Positions 9,713 to 19,367 of a stretch of 64,000 bases of DNA are shown piece by piece. Origin of the DNA: an uncultured Solirubrobacteraceae bacterium (GTDB taxonomy: Bacteria > Actinomycetota > Thermoleophilia > Solirubrobacterales > Solirubrobacteraceae); the NCBI GenBank assembly GCA_963846205.1, contig CAWJVB010000011.1, forward strand, positions 43,217 through 107,216, written 5' to 3'. Both the position numbers and the translations under genes were made by a program. Under the pieces are notes generated by a model. It searched no databases and was not told the DNA's origin. It saw only the letters and a list, made by a program, of their open reading frames with translations. Position 1 is the stretch's first letter, and every line of letters starts with the position of its first letter.

Positions 9713-10523
9713 TCAGGCCGGGACGCCTTCGCCGGCCGTCACAGCCTTCCAGCCCAGCCGCGTGCGCACCGCGCGGCGGGTCAGCGCGAAGAACACCAGC
9801 CCGGTCAGCCCCGCCCCGGCGAGCGCGTCGGCTAGGTAGTGGTTGCCGGTCGCCATCACTGCGAACGTGGTCAGGAACGGATACGACGACGGCCAACGCG
9901 CGCAGCCAGCGACGCTGGGTCAGGTGCCACACGCCGATCGAGCTCCAGGTCGCCCAGGCGATGTGCAGCGATGGCAGCGAGCACAGCTGGTTGGAGTGAA
10001 GCGCGGTCGCGCCGAGTTGCCATTCCGGCAGGCCCTGGGCACGCGCGACGAGGTCTATGTAGCCGCCCGTGAGCATGCGCGGCGGCGCCACGGGGAAGCT
10101 CCAGAACACCGCCAGCGCGATCAGGTTGACGATCACGAGCGTCCAGCGCAGCACGCCGAGGGCGTCGGCACGACGCCACCACAGCAGCGCGAACACCGCG
10201 AGCGTCACCACGATGTGGACGTTTTCGTACCAGAACACGACGACCTGGCTGAGCTCGTGGTGGCCCGCCAGCCACGTGTCGAGCGCGTGCTCGGGGTCGA
10301 GGTGCAGCGAGCGCTCGAGGTCCAGCACGCGCCGCCCGTTGCCTTCGGCCAGCGCCTGGCGTACCGGCGCGAGGTTGTTGATCGCGTCGAACAGCCAGAT
10401 CAGCCAGGCGACGATCAGCAGGTCGACGAGCAGCCACGCCCGCTGACGGCGGCTGCGCACGCGTCCGGCAGGCGCCGCCGCGATCGCCGGCCGGCCGCTC
10501 GCTGGTTCACCGCTCGCTGCCAC
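9713..10523 (-). CDS. PAP2-family (AUR1/PAP2_3-like) membrane protein, frameshift near 9880
   Basis: FPVAPPRM, LPSLHIAWA and ATGNHYLAD motifs; multiple TM helices. Confidence 0.85.
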
Positions 10524-10675
10524 GTTGCGATTAAGCCACAAGCCGTCCCCCAGCCCACTGCAAGCCGTCGTCGAGCCCGCCGCAAACCGCCATCGAGCCG
10601 ACGCAAGCCGTCGTCGAGCCCGCCCGTCAGCTCGATCGCGCCGGCTCGGCGCCGGGCGGCGCCGGGCTGCGCGCG

Positions 10676-11695
10676 TCAGGGCGAGAAGGGCAGGCCCATG
10701 GTCGTCGAGCGCCACGCGGCGCGGTCGCCGCTTCCGTCGTAGGCGCCTTCCTCGTCGAGCAGGAAGCCCCAGCCCGACCAGATCCCGGCGCCGTTCACGC
10801 GGCTGCCCGCTTCGAGCGCTGCCGCCAGTGCGGCGGTTGAGTGTGCGACGTCCTCGACGCTCGGCGTGTGCCAGCGGTTGGCCGAGTAGGAGGGCAGGAT
10901 CGGCACGATCCTGGTGCTCGGCGTGGCGTTGGCGCTGTAGTAGGCGAGGCTTTCTCGCATCCAGCGCTCGTACGCCGCCGTGCTCGTCAGTTCGCTGTCG
11001 TAGTAGAGCGGGTCTAGCTGCGTCACGAGTTCGGAGACGCGGCGCAGGTAGGCGGGCGGCCAGTTCGTCGTCGTGGCCGGCGCCGTCACCGACACGCGCC
11101 CGTCGAATCCCTCGCGCGCGAGCATCGCATCGAGTTCTTCCAGCAGCGAGACGAAGCCGGCGCTCGTGGGGTAGGGCTCGAGGTCGAGCTGCACGCCCGA
11201 CAGCCCCACTGACAGCGATGCTTCGATTCCCGCCAGGATGTTCGCGCGAGTGGTCGGGTCGTTCAGGTCGAGCCCGGCCTTGTGGGTCATCACCTTGCCG
11301 TTGAAGACGGCGGTCAAGGACAGCTGCGCGTCGTGAGCGGCGTCGTAGCCGGCGGCCCGGTGCGACCACAGCGCCAGCATTTCGCGGTTGTGCCTGGGCA
11401 CCTTCAGCACGCCCAGCTTTTTGAACTTGGGCATCGCGAACACGATCTGGCCGATGCCGTAGGAGTCCAGTTCGGCGAGATAGCCGTCGACTTCCGATGC
11501 CGGGTGCAGCGAGTGGATCAGCCCGTAGGGCATGTACATCAGCGAGTCCTGCGGGTTGGCCGCCGCCGTGGCCGCCGCCGGCGAGCCGAGCGCTGCGGCG
11601 ATCAGCAGCGTCGCCGACGCCGCAACCACGGCGATCGCCCGCTTCACGTCGCGACCCCGCCTGCGTCCCCTCGCCGACTCCCCGCTCGAGCTCAT
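10676..11695 (-). CDS. Secreted GH18-like glycoside hydrolase
   Basis: Signal peptide; SGVQLDLEPYP (DxE) motif; YD motif; TIM-barrel length. Confidence 0.7.
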   Translation of the reverse strand: MSSSGESARGRRRGRDVKRAIAVVAASATLLIAAALGSPAAATAAANPQDSLMYMPYGLIHSLHPASEVDGYLAELDSYGIGQIVFAMPKFKKLGVLKVPRHNREMLALWSHRAAGYDAAHDAQLSLTAVFNGKVMTHKAGLDLNDPTTRANILAGIEASLSVGLSGVQLDLEPYPTSAGFVSLLEELDAMLAREGFDGRVSVTAPATTTNWPPAYLRRVSELVTQLDPLYYDSELTSTAAYERWMRESLAYYSANATPSTRIVPILPSYSANRWHTPSVEDVAHSTAALAAALEAGSRVNGAGIWSGWGFLLDEEGAYDGSGDRAAWRSTTMGLPFSP

Positions 11696-11786
11696 CGCAC
11701 GAGCGTAGTCGCAGGGGCTGGCAGCGGGCAAGGGGGGAGGAGCGGCTCCGCGCCGTGCGCGCTCGTCGGTAAGTACTGTCACGCTC

Positions 11787-12668
11787 GTGGACGAGCGCGC
11801 GGAGGTGACCTTCCAGTCCGGCGGCGAGCGCTGCGCCGCGTGGCTGTACCGGCCTGCCGGCGCCTCGGCCTGCGTGGTGCTGGCACACGGCTGGACGGGC
11901 GTGCGCGAGCAGCGCCTGGACGCCTACGCCGAGCGCTTCGCCGCCGCCGGGCTGGCGGCGCTGGTGTTCGACTACCGGCACTTCGGCGCCAGCGAGGGCC
12001 AGCCGCGCAGCCTGCTCGACATCTCTCGCCAGCACGCCGATTGGCGCAGCGCGATCGCCTACGCGCGCACCGTGCAGGGCATCGATCCCGAGCGCGTGGC
12101 TCTGTGGGGCAGCTCGTTCAGCGGCGGGCACGTGATCGAGATCGCCGCGCGCGACCCGCGCATCGCCGCGGTGGTCGCGCAGGTGCCGTTCGTCGACGGG
12201 CTCGCCAACCTCGCGCGGCTCGGGCGCATGCATTCGCTGCGCCTGACCGTGCAGGGCGTGCGCGACCAGCTCGGCGCGCTCGCCGGCCGCCCACCGCACA
12301 TGGTCGCCTCGGTCGGTCCGCCCGGTTCACTCGCGATGATGAACTCCCCCGACGCGCAGCCGGGCTTCCTCGCGCTCAATCCAGCGGGTCTCAGCTGGCC
12401 CAACGAGGCGGCCGCCCGTGTGACGCTGCGCGTGGCCGCCTACCGGCCGATCGCCAAGGTCGCGCGCGTACGCTGCCCGATCCTGTTCGCCGTGGCAGAC
12501 GACGACGTGGTCACTCCGCCGGATCTGGCCGTCAAGGCCGCTGCGCGCGCGCCGCGCGCGCAGCTGCGCCACTACCCGGGCGGGCACTTCGACCCCTACG
12601 TCGGCGAGCTGTTCGAGCGCGTCGTCGCCGATCAGAGCGAGTTCCTGCAGCGCACCCTCAACGGGTAG
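11787..12668 (+). CDS. Alpha/beta hydrolase
   Basis: LAHG, FDYRHFGASEG, WGSSFSGG nucleophile, GGHF. Confidence 0.9.
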   Translation: MDERAEVTFQSGGERCAAWLYRPAGASACVVLAHGWTGVREQRLDAYAERFAAAGLAALVFDYRHFGASEGQPRSLLDISRQHADWRSAIAYARTVQGIDPERVALWGSSFSGGHVIEIAARDPRIAAVVAQVPFVDGLANLARLGRMHSLRLTVQGVRDQLGALAGRPPHMVASVGPPGSLAMMNSPDAQPGFLALNPAGLSWPNEAAARVTLRVAAYRPIAKVARVRCPILFAVADDDVVTPPDLAVKAAARAPRAQLRHYPGGHFDPYVGELFERVVADQSEFLQRTLNG

Positions 12669-12717
12669 CACCCCGCCGCCGCGCGCCTGCGCCTACCCGG
12701 TAGCACCCCGCCGCCGC
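12664..12717. repeat. 19-bp direct repeat between convergent genes
   Basis: GGTAGCACCCCGCCGCCGC at 12664-12682 and 12699-12717. Confidence 0.8.
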
Positions 12718-12728
12718 CCGCGAGCGCC

Positions 12729-14035
12729 TTACTCGATGCGGATCGTCGGTTCGCTCGCCGAGAGCTGGTCGGGCAGGTTGATTTCCACGCCAGGCGGCGG
12801 GTCGACGTGGCCGGCGAGCAGCGGGTCCTCGGTCTGCTCCATCCACGCCTGCAGCCGTGCGCGCAGGTCGGCGAGCACGTCGGCGTAACGAGGATCGTCG
12901 AGCAGGTTGTTGGCCTCGTTGGGATCGAACAGCAGGTCGTACAGCTGTTCTTTGAGGACCTCGCGCTCGGCCCAGCCGGCGCGCAGCAACAGCTCCTTGC
13001 TGGGGCCGTCGTCGGTGTTCGCCAGCACGGGCGTGGCGCGATCGCCCCAGCGGCGGATGTACTTGTGGCGTCTCGTGCGCACCGCGCGCTGGGGCTCGTA
13101 GGCGGCGTGCCAGGTCGAGCCCGCGAAGATCTCCTCGCGCACCTGCGCGACCTCGCCGCGCAGCAGCGGCATCATCGAGACGCCCTGCAGGAACGGCGGG
13201 CGCTCGATGCCGAGGTGCTCGCAGATCGTGGGGTACAGGTCGATGTGCGAGACCAGCCCGTCGTGCACTCGGCCACGGCCGAACGGCTCGGGGCCGCGCA
13301 GGATCAGCATCACGCCGAGGCCGCGGTCGTACAGCGTCGCCTTGGCGCCGGGGAACGGCATGCCGTGGTCGGTCGTGAAGATCACCAGCGTGTTCTCGCT
13401 GCAGGCGCCCGGAGTCGAGCTCGTTGAGCACGACGCCGACGCCGTGGTCGAGCGAGCGCGCGCTCGCCTTCAGCGCGGCCACGTCGGCGCGCACCTCGGG
13501 AGCGTCGGGGAGGTTGTTCGGGGGCTTCGAGTACTGCACGTCGCGCAGCGAGCCCGGGCCGAGGAATTCGCGGTGGGTCTCGAAGAACCCGACGGAAAGG
13601 AAAAGGGTCGCTCGCGCGGGCGGCTCAGCACCTCCATCGCCAGCGGCGCGACCGACTCGACATGGCTCGTCGGTACCTTGACGACCTCGTCGTAGCCGAT
13701 CGCCTGGGGGTCCTTGGAGATGTGCTGCTCGCCGATCAGCGTCGAGGTGTATCCGACCTCGCGCAGCGTGTGGACGATGTGATGGCTGTAGTCGCGCAGC
13801 GACCAGCCGCGGTGGGCGAGGCCGAGCATCCCGTTGCTCTGGCCGTACTGGCCGGTCAGCAGGCAGGCGCGGCTGGCCGAGCACGTGGGCGCCGCGCAGA
13901 AGGCCTCGCGGAACAGCACGCCCTGGTCGGCGAGCGCCTGCACGTTCGGCATCGGCACCGGCTCGCCGTAGGGCTGGATGTAGCGCCCCGTGTCGTGCGA
14001 GTGCAGGTACAGGATGTTCGGCCGCTTGTCATCAT
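12729..14035 (-). CDS. Sulfatase (formylglycine type), frameshifted
   Basis: RPNILYLHSHDTGR, CAAPTCSASRACLLTG, TTDHG and LYDLLFDPNE motifs across frames. Confidence 0.9.
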
Positions 14036-14082
14036 GTATTTTCCACTAAGTCGATTGGTTGGATGAGCTACCGTTCCGGGCG

Positions 14083-14929
14083 ATGAAGCCGATGCTGTCC
14101 TATCTGGTCTGCGCGACGCCGCGAAGCGGCAGCACTCTATTGTGCCGCGCGCTCGACCAGACCGGCGTGGCGGGGCACCCGGAGGAGTACTTCGAGGCGC
14201 TCTCGCGCTCGGGCGTGCCGCGCCGCCCGCACGAGTACTTCGACCCCGATCGCCACGCCAACATCGTCGAACGGCTCGCCTTTCGCGAGATGCTCGACGG
14301 CCCGCCCAAGCCGAACCCGCTGTGGCAGCCCGACACCTACGACCAGTACCTGGCGTGGGCGCTCAGGAGGGCACGACGGCAACGGCGTGTTCGGCGCCAA
14401 GCTGATGTGGGGCTACCTCGGCGACTTCGCCGAGCTGCTGCGCGGGATCGAGGGGATGGCGGGCCGACCGCTACCCGAGCTGCTGGCACGCGCCTTCCCG
14501 GGCCTGCGCTACGTGCAGATCACTCGCCAGGACAAGGTTCGCCAGGCGGTGTCGCTGTGGAAGGCCGTGCAGACACAGGCCTGGCGGGCGGAGGCGGGCG
14601 AGGGCGAGCACGGGGCCGCCGCGGCGCTCGAGCCGGTCTTCTCGTTTCGCGCGATCAACTACCTCGTGCGCCTGCTGACCGCGCACGACGCCTCGTGGGA
14701 CGCGTACTTCCTGGGGCTCGGCTACGAGTCGCTGAAGGTCACCTACGAGGAGCTCGCCGAGGACCCGCGGCGGTCGTTGCGGGCGTGCTCGACTTCCTCG
14801 GAATCCCCGTGCCGAGCGACCTCGACGTCAACGCGCGCGCTGTCGGTTCAGGCCGACGAGCGCTCCGAGCGGTGGGTGCGCCGCGTGCACGAGCATCTGT
14901 CTGCGCTCGAGCAGCCCGAGCCCGTGTGA
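14083..14929 (+). CDS. Stf0-family sulfotransferase, frameshifted
   Basis: SYLVCATPRSGSTLL, GHPEEYF, GVFGAKLMW, RQAVSLWKAVQT, TYEEL. Confidence 0.9.
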
Positions 14930-14981
14930 GCATCCCCTGACGGGGCTGGACTGGCGCGCGCTGCCCGGGTAGGGTGGCCGC

Positions 14982-15410
14982 GTGCGGGCCCATCACGTGC
15001 ACATCGAGCACGACTTCGCCAAGCCGCCGGAGCGCGTCTTCGCGTACCTCGCCGAGCACGAGAACCTGGCCGACGTGTTCGGCGCCAAGGTCACGCGGCT
15101 ACGCGACGGCGAACGCGAGCGCAACGGGGTCGGCTCCGTGCGCCAGCTGAAAATCGGCCCGCTCGCGCCGTTCGAGGAGACCGTCACGGAGTTCGAGGCG
15201 CCGCAGCGCATCGTCTATCGCATCACCAAGGGCAGTCCGCTGCGCGGGCACGTCGGCACGATGACCTTCACGGGCACGTCCGGCGGTGGGACTCGCTTCG
15301 TGTACGACATCCGCATCGCCTCGCCGATCCCAGGGGTCGCGCCGATTGTGCGGGCGGCGCTGACGCGGTCCATCTCGCGCTCGTTGCCCGCCATCGAGCG
15401 CGAGGCCTGA
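14982..15410 (+). CDS. SRPBCC family protein
   Basis: PPERVFAYLA, GVGSVR and EETVTEFEAP pattern. Confidence 0.85.
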   Translation: MRAHHVHIEHDFAKPPERVFAYLAEHENLADVFGAKVTRLRDGERERNGVGSVRQLKIGPLAPFEETVTEFEAPQRIVYRITKGSPLRGHVGTMTFTGTSGGGTRFVYDIRIASPIPGVAPIVRAALTRSISRSLPAIEREA

Positions 15411-15420
15411 GGAGCATCCG

Positions 15421-16056
15421 ATGGTCGACATACCCGAGGCCAGGGAGGAGGCGGCATCGGTGCGCAAGGCGGGCGACGGTGAGACGTCGGCGATGGCCGG
15501 CGCGCTGGCGCGAGCCTTCTTCGACGATCCGGCCTTCACCTGGGTGCTGCGCGGAGACCTGCGACGCATGAAGGTGCTGCGCCGCGGCTTCGAGCTGTTC
15601 CTGCGCAGGGTGTGGCTGGAGGAGCAGCAGACGTTCACCACGACCAGCGCCGCCGGCGTAGCCGTGTGGGAGCCTCCCGGTAAGTGGAAGCACCCGCTCG
15701 GGCAGCAGCTGCCGCTGCTGCCCTCCACGATCGCCGTGTTCGGGCGCCATTCGCCGCGCGTGCTGAAAGCGCTGACGGTGCTCGAATCCGATCACCCCGC
15801 CGAGCCGGCGTTCGCCGCGCACTACTACCTGGCGTTCCTCGGCGTCGACCCGCCGTGGCAGGGGCGCGGGCTCGGCGCGGCGCTGCTCGCGCCCGTGCTC
15901 GGGCGCTGCGACGCCGAGCGCGTGCCCGCCTATCTCGAGGCTTCGACCCCGCGCAATCGCTCCCTCTACGAACGCCACGGATTTCAGGTGACCGAGGAGT
16001 TCGCGCTCGGGCGTGGCGCTCCGTTGCAGTGGCGGATGTGGCGCGAGCCAAGCTAG
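15421..16056 (+). CDS. GNAT acetyltransferase
   Basis: LARAFFDDP, YLAFLGVDPPWQGRGLG, YLEAS, LYERHGF. Confidence 0.9.
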   Translation: MVDIPEAREEAASVRKAGDGETSAMAGALARAFFDDPAFTWVLRGDLRRMKVLRRGFELFLRRVWLEEQQTFTTTSAAGVAVWEPPGKWKHPLGQQLPLLPSTIAVFGRHSPRVLKALTVLESDHPAEPAFAAHYYLAFLGVDPPWQGRGLGAALLAPVLGRCDAERVPAYLEASTPRNRSLYERHGFQVTEEFALGRGAPLQWRMWREPS

Positions 16057-16105
16057 CAGCGCCCGCGACCCGGCCAGACGACGGCTCCGCATAGCTCCAC
16101 AACGC

Positions 16106-16134
16106 TTGACAACAGGGACGAATGCGACTACCGT
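16106..16134 (+). promoter_or_regulatory. Sigma70-type promoter
   Basis: TTGACA-N17-TACCGT. Confidence 0.75.
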
Positions 16135-16140
16135 CCGCGC

Positions 16141-16296
16141 AACGGGGGCTCGCTAGGGGGCATGAAGCTGCGTGAGCAGTAGATGCACGGAGAGGGGACT
16201 CACCGGCCGAGCGGCTTTCGTCGTTTATGCCCCTGGAGGGGTTCAGGAGCTCAGGGCCGACCGGCTCTGGGCCAGAAGGCGAATGGAGGCAGCTAC
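16141..16296 (+). ncRNA. Candidate structured 5' leader RNA (family not recognised)
   Basis: Closing stem 16157-16166/16224-16233 encloses three hairpins, two with GNRA loops; a further hairpin at 16250-16271. Confidence 0.45.
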
Positions 16297-17085
16297 ATGA
16301 TTGGAAAGATTCCACGGAGAGCCGTGCGTCTGACCGTGCTCGCGCTGGCGGTTGGCGTGTTCTCGGCGCTCACGGCCGGAGCAGCGAGCGCTTCGGAAGT
16401 CGTCTACAACTATCTTCCGACCCCGATTCCCGGCAACGTCGTATCAGAGGCCTTCGAGGCCACGCAGACCGGCGAATTCGGCGGTCAGGTTGAACTCGCG
16501 AATACCGCGCGCAAGAACCCGAAGGTGACGGTCATCATGAGCAGCTGGGCGTGTGAACACGGCAGCTGGAACAACTTCGACTGCACCACGGCGCCGGGCG
16601 CGAAGTTCTCGTGGCCGATCACGTTCCACATCTACGAAGTCGGTCCCGGCAACACGGTCGGCGCGTCGCTCGCGAGCGGGTCGAAAGTGTTCAAAATCGC
16701 GTATCGGCCGTCGGCCAACGTGACCCACTGCACCGGCGCGATGACCGGCGCGTGGTACAAAGCCGGCGAATGCTTCAACGGCAAGGCGCAGAAGCTGTCC
16801 CTGGCGTTGAAAGCGGCGAAACTGCCGAACAAGGTGATCGTCGCGATCTCCTTCAACACCAGCGACTACGGTGTCACGCCGCAGCGCCCGCAGCCGTGCA
16901 ACTCAGAACCGCAGGGTTGCCCCTACGACGCGCTGAACTTCGGCGTCAACGACGGTTTTGAAGAACCGACGAGGACACCGACGGTCGGCACTCTGTCGTT
17001 GCCCGAAGAAGCGTACACAAACGGCTCGCTCGAATCGGGCTGGGAAGGCTTCCAGCCGCTGATCGAGGTTCAGGCCAGCAACTAG
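16297..17085 (+). CDS. Secreted hypothetical protein
   Basis: GGAGG RBS, signal peptide ending AASA, six Cys, strong codon bias. Confidence 0.85.
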   Translation: MIGKIPRRAVRLTVLALAVGVFSALTAGAASASEVVYNYLPTPIPGNVVSEAFEATQTGEFGGQVELANTARKNPKVTVIMSSWACEHGSWNNFDCTTAPGAKFSWPITFHIYEVGPGNTVGASLASGSKVFKIAYRPSANVTHCTGAMTGAWYKAGECFNGKAQKLSLALKAAKLPNKVIVAISFNTSDYGVTPQRPQPCNSEPQGCPYDALNFGVNDGFEEPTRTPTVGTLSLPEEAYTNGSLESGWEGFQPLIEVQASN

Positions 17086-17120
17086 CTCGACCTCGGCGGG
17101 GCGACCCCTCGCCAAGCAGT

Positions 17121-17154
17121 GACAAAGGGCCCGCCGTTCGGCGGGCCCTTTGTC
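17121..17154. terminator. Intrinsic terminator
   Basis: GACAAAGGGCCCGCCG-TT-CGGCGGGCCCTTTGTC perfect inverted repeat. Confidence 0.85.
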
Positions 17155-17220
17155 GTCTCTGCGCGCAGTCGCGCGTGTCGGGTCGAGGGCGGCCCACGCG
17201 CTCCTATGCTCGACTCACAC

Positions 17221-17928
17221 ATGTGCGGGCGCTACACCAACACGGCGGGCGTGCAGGAACTGAACGAACGCTTCAAGGTCCCGATTCCCGGCGATGCCGG
17301 CACGCGCCGCTACAACGTCGCGCCGACCGAAGAGGTGCTCGCGATCGTCTCGCCCGACGGCGACCGATCGGAGATCGGCCAGCAGGCGCGCTTGCTGCGC
17401 TGGGGACTGATCCCGCCGTGGGCAAAGGACCTGAAGGGTGCCTACAAGATGATCAACGCGAAGCTCGAGACGGTCGCCAGCAGGCCGGCCTATCGAGCCC
17501 TGGTCCCGAACGGCGCGCGGCGCGCGCTGCAGATCGCCGATGGCTACTACGAGTGGCTGAAACCGGAGCGGCGCGGCGAGCCCCGCCAGCCCTTCCTGTT
17601 CCGTGTCGACGGCGGCATCCCGTTCGCGTTCGCTGCGCTGTGGACTCCCGCCAAGGTTCAGGGCGAGTGGGTGCACAGCGTCGTGCTGTTGACCTGCGAC
17701 GCCGCCCCCAACCGCGTGGCCGCCGCGATCCACGACCGCATGCCCGTGCTGCTCGCCGATCGCGCCGCTCAGCAGGCGTGGCTCGACCACCGGCTCGACG
17801 CCGAGGAAGCGCTCGCCCTGTGCGGCGCGCTGCCGGCGTCGCGCCTGTCGGCCGCTCCCGCGAACCCGGCGCTCAACAAGCCGGGCGAGGCCGAGGAGGG
17901 GCCCGAGCTGCTGCGCGCTCCGGCGTAG
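17221..17928 (+). CDS. SOS response-associated peptidase (SRAP/YedK/HMCES family)
   Basis: MCGRY N-terminus, YNVAPT, RWGLIP, INA, DGYYEW, IHDRMP. Confidence 0.95.
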   Translation: MCGRYTNTAGVQELNERFKVPIPGDAGTRRYNVAPTEEVLAIVSPDGDRSEIGQQARLLRWGLIPPWAKDLKGAYKMINAKLETVASRPAYRALVPNGARRALQIADGYYEWLKPERRGEPRQPFLFRVDGGIPFAFAALWTPAKVQGEWVHSVVLLTCDAAPNRVAAAIHDRMPVLLADRAAQQAWLDHRLDAEEALALCGALPASRLSAAPANPALNKPGEAEEGPELLRAPA

Positions 17929-17996
17929 TGCGGACGCGAGCGATTGGTCCATTGACAGGAGCCGAGCGTCGCGATCGCGTGGGCGCCGGCCGATGG

Positions 17997-18653
17997 ATGG
18001 CCATGGGGTGCGATCACTCGGCGCTGCGCAGCGGAGGGGCGCGTTACCTGCCGGCCAGCGGCGAGCTGCAGCTGGCGCTCGTGTGTGACTCGTGCGGCGC
18101 CGAGTGCGCGAGGCTCGGGCGCGTGCCCTACCAGCCGCGCCCGCGCCGCCTGGCCGGTCATCTCGCCGAGTTGACCGCGCGCGAGCTCGGCCTCGACGAG
18201 GCGCAGGTCGAGCGCGTTCGCTTCGCGGCGCTCGTGTGCGGGCAGTGCCGCGACCGCATTCCCGCGGAGATCCTGAACAAGCGCGGGACGCTCGACGAGG
18301 ACGAGTGGGCGCAGGTGCGCCGTCACCCCGAGCTCGGCGCCGCGCTGATCGGCGACGTCAGCCTCGAAGACATCCGCGAGTGGGTGCTGTGCCACCGCGA
18401 GCGTCCCGACGGCGCCGGCTATCCGCGCGGTCTACGCGGCGATCAGATCCCGCTCGAGGCTCGCATCCTGGCGGTCGCCGACGCCTATGCGGCGATCGTC
18501 AGCGACCGTCCCCACCGTCCCGCGCGCAGCCACGACGAGGCCTGCCGCGAGCTCGAACGCTGCGCCGGAAGCCAGTTCGACACCACCGTGCTCGACGCGT
18601 TCCTGGCGGCGTCACTGCGGCGCAATCCACAGCTCGCCCGCGCCGCCGCCTGA
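17997..18653 (+). CDS. Degenerate HD-GYP domain protein with Cys-containing N-terminus
   Basis: IPAEILNK, HPELGA, ERPDGAGYPRGL, ARILAVADAY, GSQFD; the HD position reads VCGQC. Confidence 0.85.
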   Translation: MAMGCDHSALRSGGARYLPASGELQLALVCDSCGAECARLGRVPYQPRPRRLAGHLAELTARELGLDEAQVERVRFAALVCGQCRDRIPAEILNKRGTLDEDEWAQVRRHPELGAALIGDVSLEDIREWVLCHRERPDGAGYPRGLRGDQIPLEARILAVADAYAAIVSDRPHRPARSHDEACRELERCAGSQFDTTVLDAFLAASLRRNPQLARAAA

Positions 18654-18676
18654 TCGACCGGCACGCGCGCCGCACG

Positions 18677-19120
18677 CTAGAGCACCGGCAGCCGGTACTT
18701 GCGCGTGCGTGGGCAGCGCTCGAGCAGGCCGAGTTCGACGAGCGTGAGCGCGTAGCGGTGGGCTGTGCTGGGGCTCATGCCAAGCTCGTTGGCGAGCTCG
18801 ACGATGCCGCGCTCGCCACCGTCCGGGCCAAAGCCGGCGAGCAGTGAGAACCCGCGCAGCAGCGAGCGCGACAGACGCGAGTCATCGCCCTCTCCGGAGC
18901 CCGCGTCGACATGCGCCGGCGCCACGCCGGCGCTGTGCGCGGGCCCGGTGCTCCCGCGCTCGGCCGCGCCGCCGTTGCGTCCGGCGCTCGGCGCCGACAA
19001 CGACGCCGCGATCAGCGTCGCGATGCTCGGCGCGCCGCTGCGCGAGGCCGCGCGCACGACCTTGTCGACCTGGGCGGGCGTCAGCGTGATCGTGATCGGC
19101 GCCTGCTCGTGATCGGACAT
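18677..19120 (-). CDS. IclR-type HTH protein lacking an effector domain
   Basis: SRSLLRGFSLL...GIVELANELGMSPSTAHRYALTLVELGLLE...RKYRL at the C-terminus. Confidence 0.85.
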   Translation of the reverse strand: MSDHEQAPITITLTPAQVDKVVRAASRSGAPSIATLIAASLSAPSAGRNGGAAERGSTGPAHSAGVAPAHVDAGSGEGDDSRLSRSLLRGFSLLAGFGPDGGERGIVELANELGMSPSTAHRYALTLVELGLLERCPRTRKYRLPVL

Positions 19121-19128
19121 ATAAAGAT

Positions 19129-19155
19129 GTTTGCATATGCAGACGATCGTCTGCA
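19129..19155. promoter_or_regulatory. Overlapping palindromes, candidate operator
   Basis: Perfect 18-bp TGCAGACGATCGTCTGCA (19138-19155) overlapping GTTTGCATATGCAGAC (19129-19144). Confidence 0.55.
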
Positions 19156-19344
19156 GGGGTGTTTCTCACAGACGGGTCGCCGGTGGGTCGCCGATGAGTC
19201 GCCGACGCGTCCGCGCCGCGCGCCCGCGCGGCCCGGCTGAGTCCTCGCGCAATCGATCGCACGAGCGCCCCGTATGCGGCGCGGACCGAGAGAGCGGCGG
19301 CTGCCTCGACGACGCCGACGAGCGATCGCACTTGGGAAAGTCGA

Positions 19345-19356
19345 TTGCACGTGCAA
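19345..19356. promoter_or_regulatory. 12-bp palindrome upstream of the DsbA-like gene
   Basis: TTGCACGTGCAA, 11 nt before the ATG. Confidence 0.45.
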
Positions 19357-19367
19357 CAGTTGCTGGG

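Noticed and set aside
9651-12299. 882-aa ORF and other long Arg/Ala-rich antisense or alternate-frame ORFs (e.g. 56759-59704, 34546-36843)
   Set aside because: Shadow ORFs caused by high GC; they overlap well-supported genes.
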